Made by a program: the position numbers and the translations under genes. The notes beneath the pieces were generated by a model that saw only the letters and a list, made by a program, of their open reading frames with translations, ran no database searches and had not been told where the DNA came from. From Anthoceros angustus (lineage: Eukaryota > Plantae > Anthocerotophyta): DNA of 64,000 bases. The stretch is from assembly GCA_010909165.1 (NCBI GenBank), contig VJWM01000182.1, positions 62,001 to 126,000 of the forward strand, written 5' to 3'. Of the stretch, positions 12,076 through 25,235 are shown piece by piece (positions within the stretch are counted from its first letter, which is position 1; the number at the start of each line of letters is the position of its first letter).

Positions 12076-15000
12076 GAGCACCTCAACTATGTATGAAGGA
12101 GAGGACAGATCTGAGCCTATGTTAAGATTGAGGATGATTGTTCAAGACTTAGAATAGAATATTGGACTAGTTTTTAAGGTTATCTCAAGTAGACCAATTT
12201 AGGCTAGGATGAACTATCTTGGAGGCTTAGACAATGTGTCCAATATACCTAAACATTTCATATGTTTCTGTGCTTCAATGCCTAGTGACTTTGTTAATAA
12301 ATTGCGTTATCTAAAGTTTGAACATAACTAATATCTATAGTTTTATCCTCTATTTTCTCTCGATGTAATGATATTGACAATATGTTTAGTTCTAGAGTGG
12401 AAGACGGGTTCCTTGACAAGGCTATAGCTCGACTATCACTCAACAACAAGGTGGGCTTTTGTGATGAAGTTCACTCAAGGTTAGCCTAGTCCATACTATG
12501 TCTTTAGAGGTTAGTACTCTATACGACTCGGTCTTTGGACAAGGCTATGGTTGGTTGTTTCTTACTTGACCGGGATATTGGTGCTCCCCAATAGCGATCG
12601 AACTACGGATCTGCGTGTCGAGTCACCGGCATAGTCGGCGTCGGTAATATTAATGTCAACGTCTTTATGCGGTGTATACTTGAATGTCAATCCTGTGTGC
12701 ATGGTACCCTTGAGGTATGCGAATATGCTTAGTTGACATCCGTGTTCACGCGTGGTTCTCCGAGAATTGTGAGCGGTGACTTGAAAGATATATCCGGTCG
12801 GTGAAGTTGGATAAATATATAAGTGTGCCAACAGATGTCGATATGGACGACATTTCCAACTTATCTTGTCTTGTCTTTGGACTCATATCCATGGTAAGCT
12901 GACCCATAGCAAAGGTGTAGGGTGTTTCGCATCTTCAAGTCCAAACTTGGTTAAACTCTCTTTAATGTACTTGGTTTGAACAATACTCGAGTCTTGTTTG
13001 CTCGATCTCTAATAATGTTGACACCAAGTGCATATGTCATTTCTCCTAAATCGGACATTTCATAAAAGTCTTGAGCCGACTTTTGATCTCGGCTAGGAGT
13101 AAGGAGTTTGTGGCCATGAATACGTCGTCGTAGAGCAATAAGTAAAAGGTATCATTGCACGATATTAGGATATACATGCATGCATCGGCATCACTTTGGA
13201 AGCCTCTTTGATGAGTTTCACATGTATGTCCATATTCCAATTTTACCAGTTGCTTAAGGCCATACAAGCCTTTAATTAGTCATACCCAATCTTCCTTGCC
13301 TTTAACCTCATAACCTTGTGTTTCATGTAGATTTCTTCTTGAAGACGCCATAGAGATATGTTGTCTTCACATCCATCATATGGAGCTCAAGATCATGATG
13401 GGCATTAAGTAAGATTATTCTAAGGGAAGCAAACTTTGCTCGGGCGAATGTGGCCCATGGGAGGTAATCTAAACCCGTATGGGTGAATCCCACAGCCTGG
13501 CGTGCTTTGTATCTCTCAATGGAACCATCTCCTTTTCTCTTAATTTTGAATACCCATTTGCTGGTGACTATCTTCCTACCCTTAGGTGGCTTAACCAATT
13601 CCATGTAGAGTTACTAATGAGAGAGTTATATTAATCTCTGACTACCTTCCATAAGGCTTTTTCGAGAAGAGAAAGCTTGTTTTAAGGTAAGAGGTTCTTG
13701 GATCTATGGTTGCCTTATGTATGACTTGAGTAAAGTGATGGGGAATAGGATCATCAAAAAGCTAGATATCCTAAAGGAGGTTCCTTCCATCCTGCGGGTC
13801 CGATTGCGGGCGGGTTCTTAAGTTGTACCTTTGTGTAGGTTCATCTTCCACGGAGCGAACATCAATAGGATCATGGTGCTCCATGTCATTCAGGAGGGTC
13901 ATCATGCTCTTCATAAAAGTGTGTCACTGGCTCCTCGACTTGAATGTTGTCGCCATCCGGTGGTGTTTCTGGAATAGATGCTAACTCCTCCTCCTCCTGC
14001 GGAGGTTCAACTACGGGAACACGTGAGCGAGGCTGGAAATTGAGTGATAATAATCGTATCATCAAATGAGGAGGTATCGAGGGCTCTTGGAAGACGTCCT
14101 CGGCGGATGTACCAGCTCCACTGGGAAAAGAGGTAAGACTCATGAAAAGTAACACTCGGCATATATAAGCTTCCGTGTGTGGGTTCAAATAGCTTGTAAC
14201 CTTTGATGCCTTGTAGCCAATAAATAGATATTTGGCAGCTTTTGGATCTAACTTCTTGCGTTGTACTTTAGGGATAAAGACATATGCGGAGATCCAAAAA
14301 TTCAAGGTGATCTATGGAAGGCTTGTTGCCGTGAATGCTTCATATGGAGTCATACCTTGAAGAAGTCGGCAGCGATTCATGAGATAGGTTGTCGTAAGGA
14401 GGGCCTCGGCCCAATAAGCTTTGGATAAGTTAGCTTGTGTTAACAGCAACCTGTAATCTCTTGGAGGCGGAGATTCTTATTTTACTGCGCGCCATTTTGA
14501 GTGTATACTACACTTAATTGTTGAGCTCGCTCGACAAAATTCAGCAAATCTATGAGATGTAAACTCTCCACCGTTGTCGGAACGTAAGGTCTTGAGTTTG
14601 TGATCTGTAAGCCTTTACGCCCATGCCATGTAATCCTTGAAAACGATAAGTTTCACTCTTTTGGGTGAGGATGTAGGAGGCGAACGGGAATAGTCGTCGG
14701 TAAAGTAGAAGTATCTACTACTACCACCTAAGGAGGGTGTAGAGAGGGGTCCACAAATGTCTGTGTACTATCTCTAAAGGTGACTTGGCCCTTTGAGGAG
14801 ATGGATTTTTGAAAGGTTCCTGGTGACGTTTTGTGAGGACACAGTTTCGCACAATCTAAGTTGTGAACCTTGGAGAGCAGGTGTTCTATAGTTGTCTCTA
14901 GACATTTGGAGTAACGACTATTAGGATGACCTAATCTACAATGCCGAGCATCGTGTGTGTTGGTTGCGAGAATGTTGGGAGGCTACATTGGGAATGTGTG

Positions 15001-17088
15001 GCTCCTACTTTGCGACAATCTATAGAGTCCATCTTCTAAGATGCCGGTCAGATAGTGTGTGTTCTATTCTTGAGGTAGGAAAGGAACAACTATCGGCATA
15101 TAAAAGGACACATGTATGTTCTTTGCAAAGACTAGCGGTGACACTAGGTTTTGCACATGGCGGGAACATGGAGGACTTGATGAAGATGAAGAGTCGACCG
15201 AATCACATCGAGTACACAACCTAGGCCCGCTATGGGAAGGTGTGATCATCGCCCAGAGAACTCGGATGTCCTGGTGGGGTGTATGACTCAAGGAGTCTTT
15301 GTTGTGATATGTGATGTTGCTCCACTGTCCAGGTACCAATAAGCGGTGGCCGGCTTAGAGGATGCAAGGCAAATAGTGAGCACACGTGTTCTTGATGAAG
15401 AGGGTTTCTTCGAAGCAACATGAGCGGCAGGCGGGGCCTCTGATCTAGGTTCCCCATTCTTCTTCTTTCTACAGTCCTTTTCCATGTGATTAGGAATTCT
15501 GCACCAATTACAAATAATTCCACTCCTTTTGTTACCCCTGGAAGGTGTGGAAGAGCTGGATTCGCCATGATATTTGTTTGGTGTGGAATAAGCAGGTCTA
15601 TTGGAAGGAGAACTTTTGCCGCCTCTTCCTGCCTCTTCCAGTACATCACTGCCTGGACTTGGGCTCATGGCGTCGATTGGACTCCTCACATCATGGCTCC
15701 GAGTTCTGCGACACGATGTCGAGGTCTTGCATCGCCGCCCCTCTTTTGGGCTTGTCAACCAGTGCTCGTGTGGTGAGAAATGGTCTGAGGAGGGTGGGAG
15801 GGAAATCAAGAGAACAAGGAATGCAACAAGTTCGGAGGCGGAGGTGTTGGTGGCGGCTTCATATTGAGATCTAGCTTCGGAAAAGTGTTGATATGGTGTT
15901 GGTCGATTCCTTCATCTTGATTGAAGAAGTTGCGCATCGCGTCATCATACTCATCACATCTCTTGAAGAATATAAGCAAGGTGATCCCACATCTGCTTAG
16001 AAGTTTTGCTTGCATTGTCTTACCATATTAAGGGCTAGTCCATCGAGGTCTTGAGCTTTTTCATCCTGGCGTCCCGTGTTTCTTTGCTCGGAGCCCCACT
16101 ATGGTCTGGGTGTGGACCCACTTACAACGTCCCATAGGTCTCGATTGCGGAAAAGTGCACGCATTCGCAGGCGCCATTCCGCCCATTGAATCATCCTTCT
16201 CCTTAAAACTGTCACCATAGTTGTGATTCACCACGGAAGGTCGTACTTCATCTTTGGGTGGATCCCTTCCTCTCCTCTCTCTCTCTCTCGTCAGCGTCAC
16301 GTCGGAACCAGCCATTGCGGTGGTCACTATTGACAGAGTAGCGCCTCGCATTTCCTCATCATCATGCAGAAATCGGGCAAGGAGCAAAACAAGAAGAAAC
16401 CTTTTCAGACCGGCGTGTTTGTCGATGACAGCGTGATGAGAAAGTTTGTGATGAAGACATTTCGATGTTTGGATCGGTATGCTCAAGGAGGCGCTTATTG
16501 AGATCACGCACTTCTCTTGCTAACTCCTCTATGCTTGTTCTGCGTAGGGTGTGTTGATGGCGTGGTTCTCTGAGAGTCTTTATCGAATCAAGTTTCTTGC
16601 TTGTGTTGTTGTAAACGCATTGGAGATGGAGGAAGAGGACACGCTTGTAGATTTGGGATATGATCAAGAGCGAGTTCAATTGCTTTCACTTGACTTAAAC
16701 TAAAGATAGTAAGCAAGTTTCTTCTAGCAATTTCTATGCCTCCCTTGATCTTCTACTTTGATTAGAATAGAGCCAATGAAGTTAGCAATAAGTATGGAAT
16801 CTCCTACTATCTTACTAGACTTCCTAGCAATTCTAATCTTTGCATTCCTATATTCTATCTCTTGTCTTGCGGCTTAATCTTCTTCCAATAGCCTTGCGAG
16901 GATTGAAGGGTCCATCGCGTTGAAGCAAGGATTGGATGCAGTGTGCATTATTGAAGATTAAGGAACACTGACAATCTACATGCAATCTAAAGAATCTATG
17001 CATCTTCTAAAAGGAAATGAAGAAGAAGATGAAGAAGAAGAGTAGACCAGTCATGTCAAGTTGCCCAATGCAAATAGAGAGCAGCAAT

Positions 17089-17100
17089 GCTCTGATACCA
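17089..17100 (-). promoter_or_regulatory. Primer-binding site (tRNA-iMet) of copia-1
   Basis: The minus strand reads TGGTATCAGAGC directly after an LTR ending in CA. Confidence 0.9.
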
Positions 17101-17380
17101 TGATGAGAATCATAGCTGCTCTAGGTAGCAAAACATAGCAAGCAGATAGTAGAAAGGTTTGCACAAAAAGAGTTGTATGCATTGAGTATAATAGAAAGTA
17201 CAAAGCCTTTATATAGGCTAAGTGGTTATAACCATAAGGTGGTTGTAACCATAAGTAGTTCTAACCTCTAAGTGGTTGTAACAACTAACTATTCAATAAA
17301 CTACCTAAAGCCCTAAGAACTAAATTAATTAATAGTCTTAGGTGCCCTAGTGAAGAGTGCTAAATAGGTGTCATATTTCA
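17101..17380 (-). repeat. 5' LTR of copia-1
   Basis: Abuts the PBS and contains CCTATATAAAGG on the minus strand. TG...CA termini; the distal end may be 17373 or 17380. Confidence 0.7.
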
Positions 17381-17394
17381 TCGGGTAAGAATTT

Positions 17395-17950
17395 TGAGGC
17401 GGGCGGACTACAATAGGGGCGCAGGACTTGTGGGCGGCGAAATCTCGACTAAAGGAAAATTAGGATGAGATATCCACTATATGTCACCAATAGGGAGATA
17501 AATAAATAGGATTAATTAGAAGGAAATTCATTAGGGGTAGCAAATAGGATAGGGAAATGGGCAATTTAGGTAAGACTAGGTATTTTAGAATGTTGAATCA
17601 AATCTAGAAATTTGGACCTCGTGTGATAAGAAGCGCAAAGTGCGGTTTAGTGACACCAACTCCTCTTGAGGCGCTTCCACAAGATCTAGAGACTGAGGTG
17701 GAGCATAAGAGGAAGAGGAGGAGAGGAGAGGAAAGCTGCCATCGCCCTCGCCGCCGCCACCAGACCAAGGCCCAGGCGCCTGAGGAGCTAGCACGCGGTG
17801 AGGAGGAAGGGCGAACCCTAGGCGTGGGTTGAGTTCAAGGCACAGGGGAAGAATCGCGAGAGGCAGGGGCGTGGAGTGATGAGCCGCCGGTCTTTGGATG
17901 CAGTGCAAGCCGGGGAGGTCTTGGAGTGGGGTGTGGGCAGCAGGCTGAGA
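17395..17950 (+). repeat. Repeat Y, left copy (diverged inverted partner of 24550-25190)
   Basis: GATATCCACTATAT..CACCAATAGGG.A.ATAAATAAATAGGATTAATTAGAAGG...CTAGGTATTTTAG..TG.T.AATCAAATCTAG matches the reverse complement of about 24950-25130. Similarity continues through the GA-rich part. Confidence 0.8.
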
Positions 17951-18129
17951 ACAACGAGAGGAGGCCTGCAGGTGCTTCCAGGCATGAGTGCAGGAAGGAG
18001 GCAGTGAGCAATTGGCGGCAGCCTCGGCGAGGAACGTGTTGTGTCAAATCAATCTATTTCAAATCCGATCTAAGCCTAGGATGCTTAGAAGCCATATTTT
18101 TATAGATAAATAAAAAAAAATAGGTCCTA

Positions 18130-20187
18130 GATATGATGGACGGAGGAGTGAAGGCCCACGCCAAGAACGGCTGGAAGACAGACAGTATTAAGGAGTTGAA
18201 GTGGCGGCTCTTTGCCAAAATTGTGTTGGGGTTGGTGAATTACCAACGGACGTCTTATTTCAGCACCAACTTCCTCCGATTTTGTGGAAGATTTGAGAGC
18301 CAAGCGGTTAGGGGCACCATAATGTATGAGGCCTATATCCATCATGGGAGAAACTCCTTAGGCAGATGCATGGATGAGGAGGGGCCAAACCATGCTACCT
18401 GCACCTATTTGGTGCATTTGTGGGAAAGCGGAGGCTCTTGACCGGCCAAAGAGCTTGAGGATGCTTGGCATCCTTCGAGATAATCCACCTCCGGTAAAGC
18501 TTAGAAGCGGCCTTTTGCCTTTTGCTCTAAGGAAGACCATGGGAGGCCCGGACCTCCACAAGCACACCGGGGCCCAAGGCGAGGAGGAGTAGAGCAGCAG
18601 GTTGGGAGGAGGGGAGCCTTTCCCCACAAGAGCAAGGGAAGGAGAGGAGCAAGATCCGGCCGAGGCCGGATGGTAGTCTATGAGAGGAGGACTACCGCGG
18701 TAGAATAGACCCAAGGGTGGGGAGTCCCCACCATTTCATTTATTAGAGGAGGCACCCAGGCGGAGACAGTGGTAGGCAGTTAGCCTACCACGGTGGTAAG
18801 CGCTACGGCACAGTGGGGATCGCGATGATAACACCCTCGCCGCCAGGGCAAGCAACCTCTGCCGGTAGGGAAGAGGAAGGAAGAAGGCGGGCGCCGCGCA
18901 GGCGGCGCCCAAGCCGCCTTCACCAGCTAGGGGGAAGGCGGATGGGGCGTGTGAGGACCGCCCGCCCAGCCCTGTGCTTTGCAAAGTCAGGGTGGAGATT
19001 TCCGGCAAGAGGCGGTGAGGCGGTGGGCCCTAGGAGACTTCTTTGAGTGCTTGTGAAACTCACTGTGGATATAAAGGGCTAGGGAACTAGCAGCCTCCTT
19101 GTGGGCATGCCAAGAGGAAGTCAGGGCAAATAAGGCCCAAGAGATAGCGGAAGGCGGAGGCGAGGACCAAGTGGCAATTGGAGGTCATGGGTCAGAGTGA
19201 GGAAGGCAGCCAAGTTGGAGAAAGGCATGGAGAAACTCAGTGACCTTATGGACCCCTGAGGAGAAGGTCTCTGGAGGAGGTTGTCCCAAACGGAGGAAGG
19301 AGCCGTCCGGGCAACCACTCAAAGGGACTCGTGGAGGCAAAAGGAGGAGGAGCATTTTGCCCAACTAGAGCGGGAGCGGAAAAGCAAAACGGAGGCTCTA
19401 GGGAGAGAGAAACAGGCGACTCAGCAGGTGGAGTCGCAAGAGCAAGTGATGGCTACTCAAGCCATCAAAATCCGGGACATGGAGGAAGAATTGAGAAGAA
19501 CACAACAACTTGGAAGAAGCGCAGGCGGGCTCAAAACCCGGCAAGCTGCAAGAGTTGGCGCGCGAGAAGGGTGCTTGGCAAGCGGAGAGGGAAGGGCTTG
19601 CTCAGCAACTAGGAGACTTGGGGAGGAGGAGGTCCCAGGAGGAAGAGCACCACAAAAAGGTGGTGCACAGGATGCTGGTGGTAAGGAAGAGGCGGTTTTG
19701 GGCAGATTATACCCTTCAGGCAAAGATGGCCAACCAGCTGAGAGAAGCAAGGGAGGAGAACGTGACCCTCCATGTGAAGGTGAGAGAATTGACCAGCGCG
19801 AAAGAAGCCTATAAGGGTAGGTGTGAGGACGGAGAATGGCCCACGGAGGTTGACGACCTCCAAATGCAGTATCATAGCTTGGGGGCCCATCTCCACAACT
19901 GGATTTTGAAGGCCAACAATGAAGTGTTGCGTTTGGCCAAGAGGAGGACAATAGGTCCTCATGATGATGACAGGAGCGCAGCAAGTGCGGCGGAGGCCTC
20001 GAGACTTGATGAGGCCACTGGCGACATGGACTCAGGGGTCAGGAGACGAGGAGGAGAGGGCGGCAAGGGTGGAAGATGGCGCGGAGGTAAGGAGAGGGCA
20101 GCCGCCCTCCGGTCACCCTACCATGGTGGTGACCACCCTACCACGGTGCCGGACTACCGTGGTGAGCTGACCTCTAAACCCGGGTAG
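18130..20187 (+). pseudogene. Family-A accessory ORF (PMD-like plus coiled coil), frameshifted
   Basis: GWKTDSIKELKWRLFAKIVLGLVNYQRTSYFSTNFL...YLVHLW, then the coiled coil EEHFAQLERERKSKTEALGREK...HHKKVVHRMLVVRKRRFWADY. Colinear with the 4870-11300 copy in inverted orientation. Confidence 0.7.
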
Positions 20188-21175
20188 TGCGCGGACTAGG
20201 GATGGCAGGCTCTGTGAGCGAGGGCGATGGGGAGTCGGTGGCGGGGCGTGGATGAAGGAGGCCGGGGTCCAGGTCATACCCAGGGGCAAGAGGCAGTGCG
20301 GTGGAGGGAGCCCACGGAGAGATCAAGGGGGTCAGGCCCGCCGAGAAGGGAGGGTGAAAAGTTCCCTCACCTCACGACAAGGGAGAGCCGGGCCGGAGAG
20401 GAGACTAATAAAGAGCCGGAGAGTTAGTGAAACATCCAACAATTGGGGAGGAAGACTCTCTAAGAATGCTCCATGATAGGTATGGACAAACCAAACAGGA
20501 GGAAAGGAGCAAGGAGGATTCCAACCCAAGAAGCAATGGAGATGGGAGGAAGAAAGGAAAGAATGAGGGTCAGACTACCATGGTTGGTAGTTAGACTACC
20601 GATAGTCTGCGGACTGTGATAGGTCGATGGAAGGAGCACCGGATCGCCCGGAAGGTAGAAACAGGGCCGCTGAGGGGCATGGCGGGGCGGGGCCGATGAT
20701 GAGAGGGATCAGGGCGCCACCCCGCGAAGTAGGAGGAAGGGGTAGGATGGTACTTGCCCCACAAACCAGGAAGGCGACAAGATGCAGGGGTGAGAGAGCA
20801 AAAGGAGGGCAAGGGGGCCAATCCACAAGGGACGCGTCACCACCCCAGCAAGATGAGGACTAGGAATGGTCAATGACCATAAATGAGCTTTGGGGAATGG
20901 GAAGGATAGGTGATGTAGCCTGACATTCTTTAAGAATGATCTTAGGTGAAGTTGCTAGAATAGAATTTACCTAGAATCAGACAGTAGATTTAGATGCGAG
21001 GCCTTAAATGCTGGCGGTAGAAAATAATAGAATATTGGAAAAGGTGACCTATAGTAGGGTCACCCAAGGGAGGTTGTATGTGGAAGGGCTCCTATAAGAG
21101 GAGGAGGATTTCACAAAGTAAAGTATCACGTCTTGCGCTTCCATACTCGCGAGTCCTTTGCCCTTGTAAAGGAAT
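20188..21175 (+). repeat. 3' non-coding region and LTR-like start of the family-A element
   Basis: Continuous reverse-complement match to 3744-4870. Purine tract GGGGAATGGGAAGGATAGG precedes TGATGTAGCC at about 20911, and CCTATAAG lies at about 21091. Confidence 0.6.
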
Positions 21176-23065
21176 TGCTCCAAGGTATCCTTCTTGTCCT
21201 CCAACGCCGCCCTTGTACCTCTACGTGCACCACAGGGTCCCCTATTTCCGGTCTTGACCTCCACTCCTCCTCACGGCTCGGCCGTGCTTGCTCCCAGCCT
21301 GTTCGGCCTTGAGTTGGCAGCGGCTACCCGGCCGTCTCCCTCCACGGTTCCGATCACGTCGATAGTGATCGGTCGACCTTCGCGCGGCTTCCGCTTCTCG
21401 CGCCGGTGAGCCTCGTGCGATGTTGGGCGGCGGGCCGCCTCGGCCGGTCGCGAGCCCTCTCCGCCTCGCTGCGCCTCCCCGCCGTGCGGAGATCTTGGCC
21501 CGTGCTTGGGCCTCCCTTTTGCCTCATGCTCCTGCAATTTGGAGGACCTTAGTCGGTCTTCTGAATATCGGACCTCGCGCTCCGCCTCCCGCGTTTCCCT
21601 TCCTCGATGCGGGGGACTTCCGCCTTCTTCCTTGCCTCTGGGCGCCTCCATGCTCACGGAGGAGCACCATGCGCCTCCTTGTTGCCTCCACCTCCACAGG
21701 TTTTCTCGGCCGTCCGTAGAGTCCCAGCATATCGTCCATGGCGGTGGCAGGACCCGCCGTGTCTCTTCCACAGGGCCAGTGAGGCCCCAAGTCCGTCGTG
21801 GGGCGGGCATCTCGGTCCGCCAAGGACCTCCATACCCCGAGCCGGAGTGAGTCGGTTGGGCTCTCGGACCTAATCGGGACCCTTGGGTCTGAGTCACGGT
21901 CGAGCCTCACCTTCTTTGGCCCTCTTGGCGCCAATTCCTTCCTCTTTCTCCAGGGCTCGGAGGGTGAGGGGTTCGAGGGGCCCTTTTGCCTCTCCCGGTC
22001 GGAGGCAGGACCCGGCTCGGTGGGGCTGCTGCAGTGGCCTCCGCTCCTTGGGCGGCGTCCCTTTCGCCCTTCGTCGCCTCCTCGGCTTCTTGCCACTCCG
22101 TTGGCGAGGCGACAGGCGCCGTCTGGGTCTGCGTTGGCGGGTGGCACCGTCTTCCGCCTCTTGGTCCCCGGCAGGTCGTCGGGGCTCGTGGTGTCGTGGC
22201 GGCTGGTGCATCGGGCTGGGCCGCCAACTCTCATCAGGGCCGCCTCCTCCTGTTGCTGCTCGGTGGGGGCACCGGGAGGAGGGAAGCGAGATGTCCTCCA
22301 CACTTCCCTCGGTGGCGAGGGAGTCCGCTCAGGGCGTATGGAGTCAGGATTCCCTCGATCGTCTTCCTCCGCCTCTTGCTCGGGGGGCCTCCACCTCTGC
22401 GCTCTTCCTTACGCCTCCGGTGGGCGGCGGCCCGCCGAGTCTCCTCTTCTCCCTCCTTGGGAGGTTCGCGTGCCCCATGAATTAAGAGCGGCGATAGCCC
22501 GGAGAGAGGCTTCTCACACCTCGGCTTGAGCTTCACGATTGATCTGGCGAAGATGATCCTTCCCGATCGCCTCCTTCCTCTCTGCGCATGCGGGAACACC
22601 GATGGGTGTCACCAAGGTGATCTACCTTGGTGAGCATGTTCGATGGACAATGATCACAGCCCTGCTCTCACCCTCATCCGGCAAGTCCGAGCATCAACCC
22701 GGTGTTGGTTGTTCGTTGCGTTCCTTTCGGCGCCTCTATCTTCCTCGGCCTTGAGAGGTTCGGGACTCGCCCCAATTTCCTCCGGGCGGTTGTACACGCC
22801 TCGGGACCTCCACGGTCCACCTCCTAGGGTCCTCTCGAAGGCTCTTAGACCGAACCTCCTTGTTGGCCGCTGCCAACATCTTCCGTACTCCGGACTAGGG
22901 CGGCAGTCGAAGGTCGAACTGACTGGAAGCGTCCGGTGCCATTCCTTGACCAGCTCCCCCGCCTCCTCCAGCCACGGCCCGAAGTCCGGGTAGCGCTTGG
23001 TGACGATGTTGCGTTCCACCAAGCTCCATGGCTCCCAAACCTCCGCCGCCTTCTTGGGTCCCATC
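21176..23065 (-). pseudogene. Family-B accessory ORF (PMD-like plus coiled coil), frameshifted
   Basis: Starts MGPKKAAEVWEPWSLVERNIVTKRYPDFGPWLEEAGELVKEWH, with REDPRRWTVEV in an adjacent frame. Homologous to 32.7-33.0 kb. Confidence 0.6.
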
Positions 23066-23739
23066 TTCCCGCTCCTTCTGTCCCGCTGCTGGAGTGTGAG
23101 GCTCCGCAATCGTCCGTTCCTTGGCCGCGGCGTCAGTTGCTTCCCTCGCGAAGTCGGCGGCCGGGAGGTGCACAGCGATCACAAAGACAACGCCCGGGTG
23201 TCGGCGAGCATGCGAAGATCTGAAGTTGCTTGGAAGAATGACCTCCTTGCCTCTCGCCGTCGGAAGTAGCGTCGGCGGAGGGTGGCTCTTTCTTTGTCCG
23301 TGGCGTCGAGGGAGCACACGCATGGCTTACTCTGCCACGCTTCCGCCTACTGCGGCCGCCCGCGCGATGCGGGCGTGAATACTGCTTATAACGGCCAGCG
23401 GCAATGCTACGGTCTGGCTGCGCATGCCGTCTTCCATTCGGGGCCGTCCGTGGCGCCGCTTCTAACTCACGCCCCAACTTCTAAATTACCTTCTTGGGCG
23501 TGCCCATTTTGACCGGTGGGGTCCGGACTTATCGTACTCCGGTGCGTGGTCCGGGGTCCCTTGAGTGTGAAAGTCGGGTTACCTACCGGGTCGGGTGCAC
23601 TCGAGCACAACCGTCCGAGTCTTGCGTCCGTCTTATTCCTCCTTTTTGCCTTATTTTACACTCCATACCTACGAAAAAAACCAACCGCTTATTTCCCAAC
23701 CCCAAGGGAGTTCGTCCATTAGGGGTCCCAGCGCCCGTG

Positions 23740-24013
23740 ATAAGCTCCTCGCTGCTAAGCGGGGCCTACAATTGTGTTGTGTCGTTGTAGGCTGAGGATT
23801 GGTGATTTTCTGAGCAAAGTGCAAGTAGAAGAGGAGAGTAGAGGCGCCTTGCTTGTTTAGAAGGTGAGAAGTTATGTCTTGCAGGTGGTCGTTTCCACAA
23901 GACTAGAGCCACACAAGTCTCATGGGACCCGAAACCCAACGTGCGGCTGACGGTGGATAAGTGTGGCCGCTAGAGGGGAAGCCTCCTCAGCCCGGGTTTT
24001 CCTCCGGCTTTCA
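23740..24013 (+). repeat. Repeat X (distal part of the family-A LTR-like segment)
   Basis: Reverse complement of 2937-3230, sharing CAATTGTGTTGTGTCGTTGTAGG...GCGCCTTGCTTGTTTAGAAGG...GGATAAGTGTGGCCGCTAGAGGGG...GGGTTTTCCTCC. Confidence 0.8.
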
Positions 24014-24330
24014 GGCGTCACGTGATCGATTCGCATTCTGGTGCAGGGCCGCCCACGATTGATGGAGGTTGATGTAGCACTCTCAATCGCTCCAAATTGT
24101 AGGCCATCGGCTGACCATACACCCATCCCAATTGGATGTTCTCTCTTCCGCCTTGCACAAAATCCACCGAGGCACAATACATCGCGGGATTGAGTTGCCT
24201 GAAACTGTGTAGGAGCATCTCAAAATCTCCTCCTCCGGCGCGCGGCCTCACGCTCTGCCTTCTTCACCCTTCCTCCTCTTGAAGTCGGGCCTTACGGGCG
24301 GCCTTCCCCTTGCCTTTAGCAACTCGAGTC
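24014..24330 (-). pseudogene. Truncated N-terminus of a third PMD-like accessory ORF
   Basis: EMLLHSFRQLNPAMYCASVDFVQGGRENIQLGWVYGQPMAYNLERLRVLHQPP lies downstream of repeat Y, the same relative position as ORF-A at 18130. Confidence 0.4.
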
Positions 24331-24549
24331 ATGGCGCCTCTCGGCTCCAAAGGGTCATAGGGAGAGGAAGTGCTCCCCAATTCGCAGCAATTCTCGGAGC
24401 TTCACCCTGTTCTCACCCTCCTTGTTGGCGACCAAAACCCTAGCCAGCCAATGGCAGGTTAGTCTTGGCGGCACTTCCCAGCTGTTGCTAATTTCCTCGA
24501 GAGTCCTCCTTCCAGGGCAAGGCTAGTGCTCGCGATGCCTCTCCTTGTG

Positions 24550-25235
24550 TCTTCACTCCATAATCGCGTCGTTACAGGCGCTCCAGCTCGGTGCCTTTCC
24601 TCCTAGCGTTGGCGGCTGCATCCAGCACTCACGCGGTCTCAAGCTTCTTCACGCTCCAAGGTCCTTGGCGCCTTTCTCTTGCGCTTCTTCCCCTTCTGGC
24701 CCCGAGCTCAGTCCGCAGCTAGGGCTCCTCCTTGCTTCCAGCGTGCGCCTTGCTCCCTTTTGCGCTCAATTCAGCCGCGGTGGCGATGGAGATGGCAGCT
24801 TCCCTTACCTCTCTGTTTCTTCTTCTCCTTACGCTCTAGCCTCAGTCCCCTGTGAAGTGAAGACGCCTCAGTTCGAAGAGAGAGTTGGCGCTGCCTAAAC
24901 TGCACTTTGCCCTCCTTGGATTGCTGCCACCTGGAGACCTCTCAACCCTAGATTTGATTTACCATCCTAAAATACCTAGCCCTGCCTAAGTTGCCTATTT
25001 CCCTGTCCTATTTTCAGCCCCTAATTAATTACCTTCTAATTAATCCTATTTATTTATTCCCCTATTGGTGGGCATATATAGTGGATATACCCCTATCCTA
25101 ACTTCTCTTTTAAGCCGAGACGTCGTCAGCCTACCGCGGTAGTCTGCCCTCTCCCTCCACCGCCCTGTCTCCTTCCCCAGGGGGTATGTCGCCGGACCCC
25201 CCGGCTCTTCCATCCTCAGCGGAAAAGCTTCGACA
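24550..25235 (-). repeat. Repeat Y, right copy, ending TGTCG (minus) / CGACA (plus) at the junction with copia-2
   Basis: Inverted homology to 17395-17950. There is a sharp ...AGCTTCGACA| boundary at 25235 against copia sequence. Confidence 0.75.

Larger units (their letters stand above)
12230..17380 (-). mobile_element. Degenerate Ty1/copia retrotransposon (copia-1): 5' LTR, PBS, gag, PR, IN, RT, RH
   Basis: gag DLWDVVSGS; zinc knuckle CNWCRIPNHMEKDC; protease WYLDSGATSH; integrase TDICGP...LRSDNGGEF...YWAEA; SH3 KLDPKAAKYLFIGY; RT KIVTSKWVFKIK...ERYKAR...MDVKTTYL; RH DADYAGD...FHSRTKHI. Many frameshifts. The 3' LTR was not found. Confidence 0.92.

Noticed and set aside
2937-24013. Repeat X copies as TIRs of one giant element
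   Set aside because: Each X copy has the same orientation relative to its own ORF-A and 3' region. They are two oppositely oriented family members, not paired termini.
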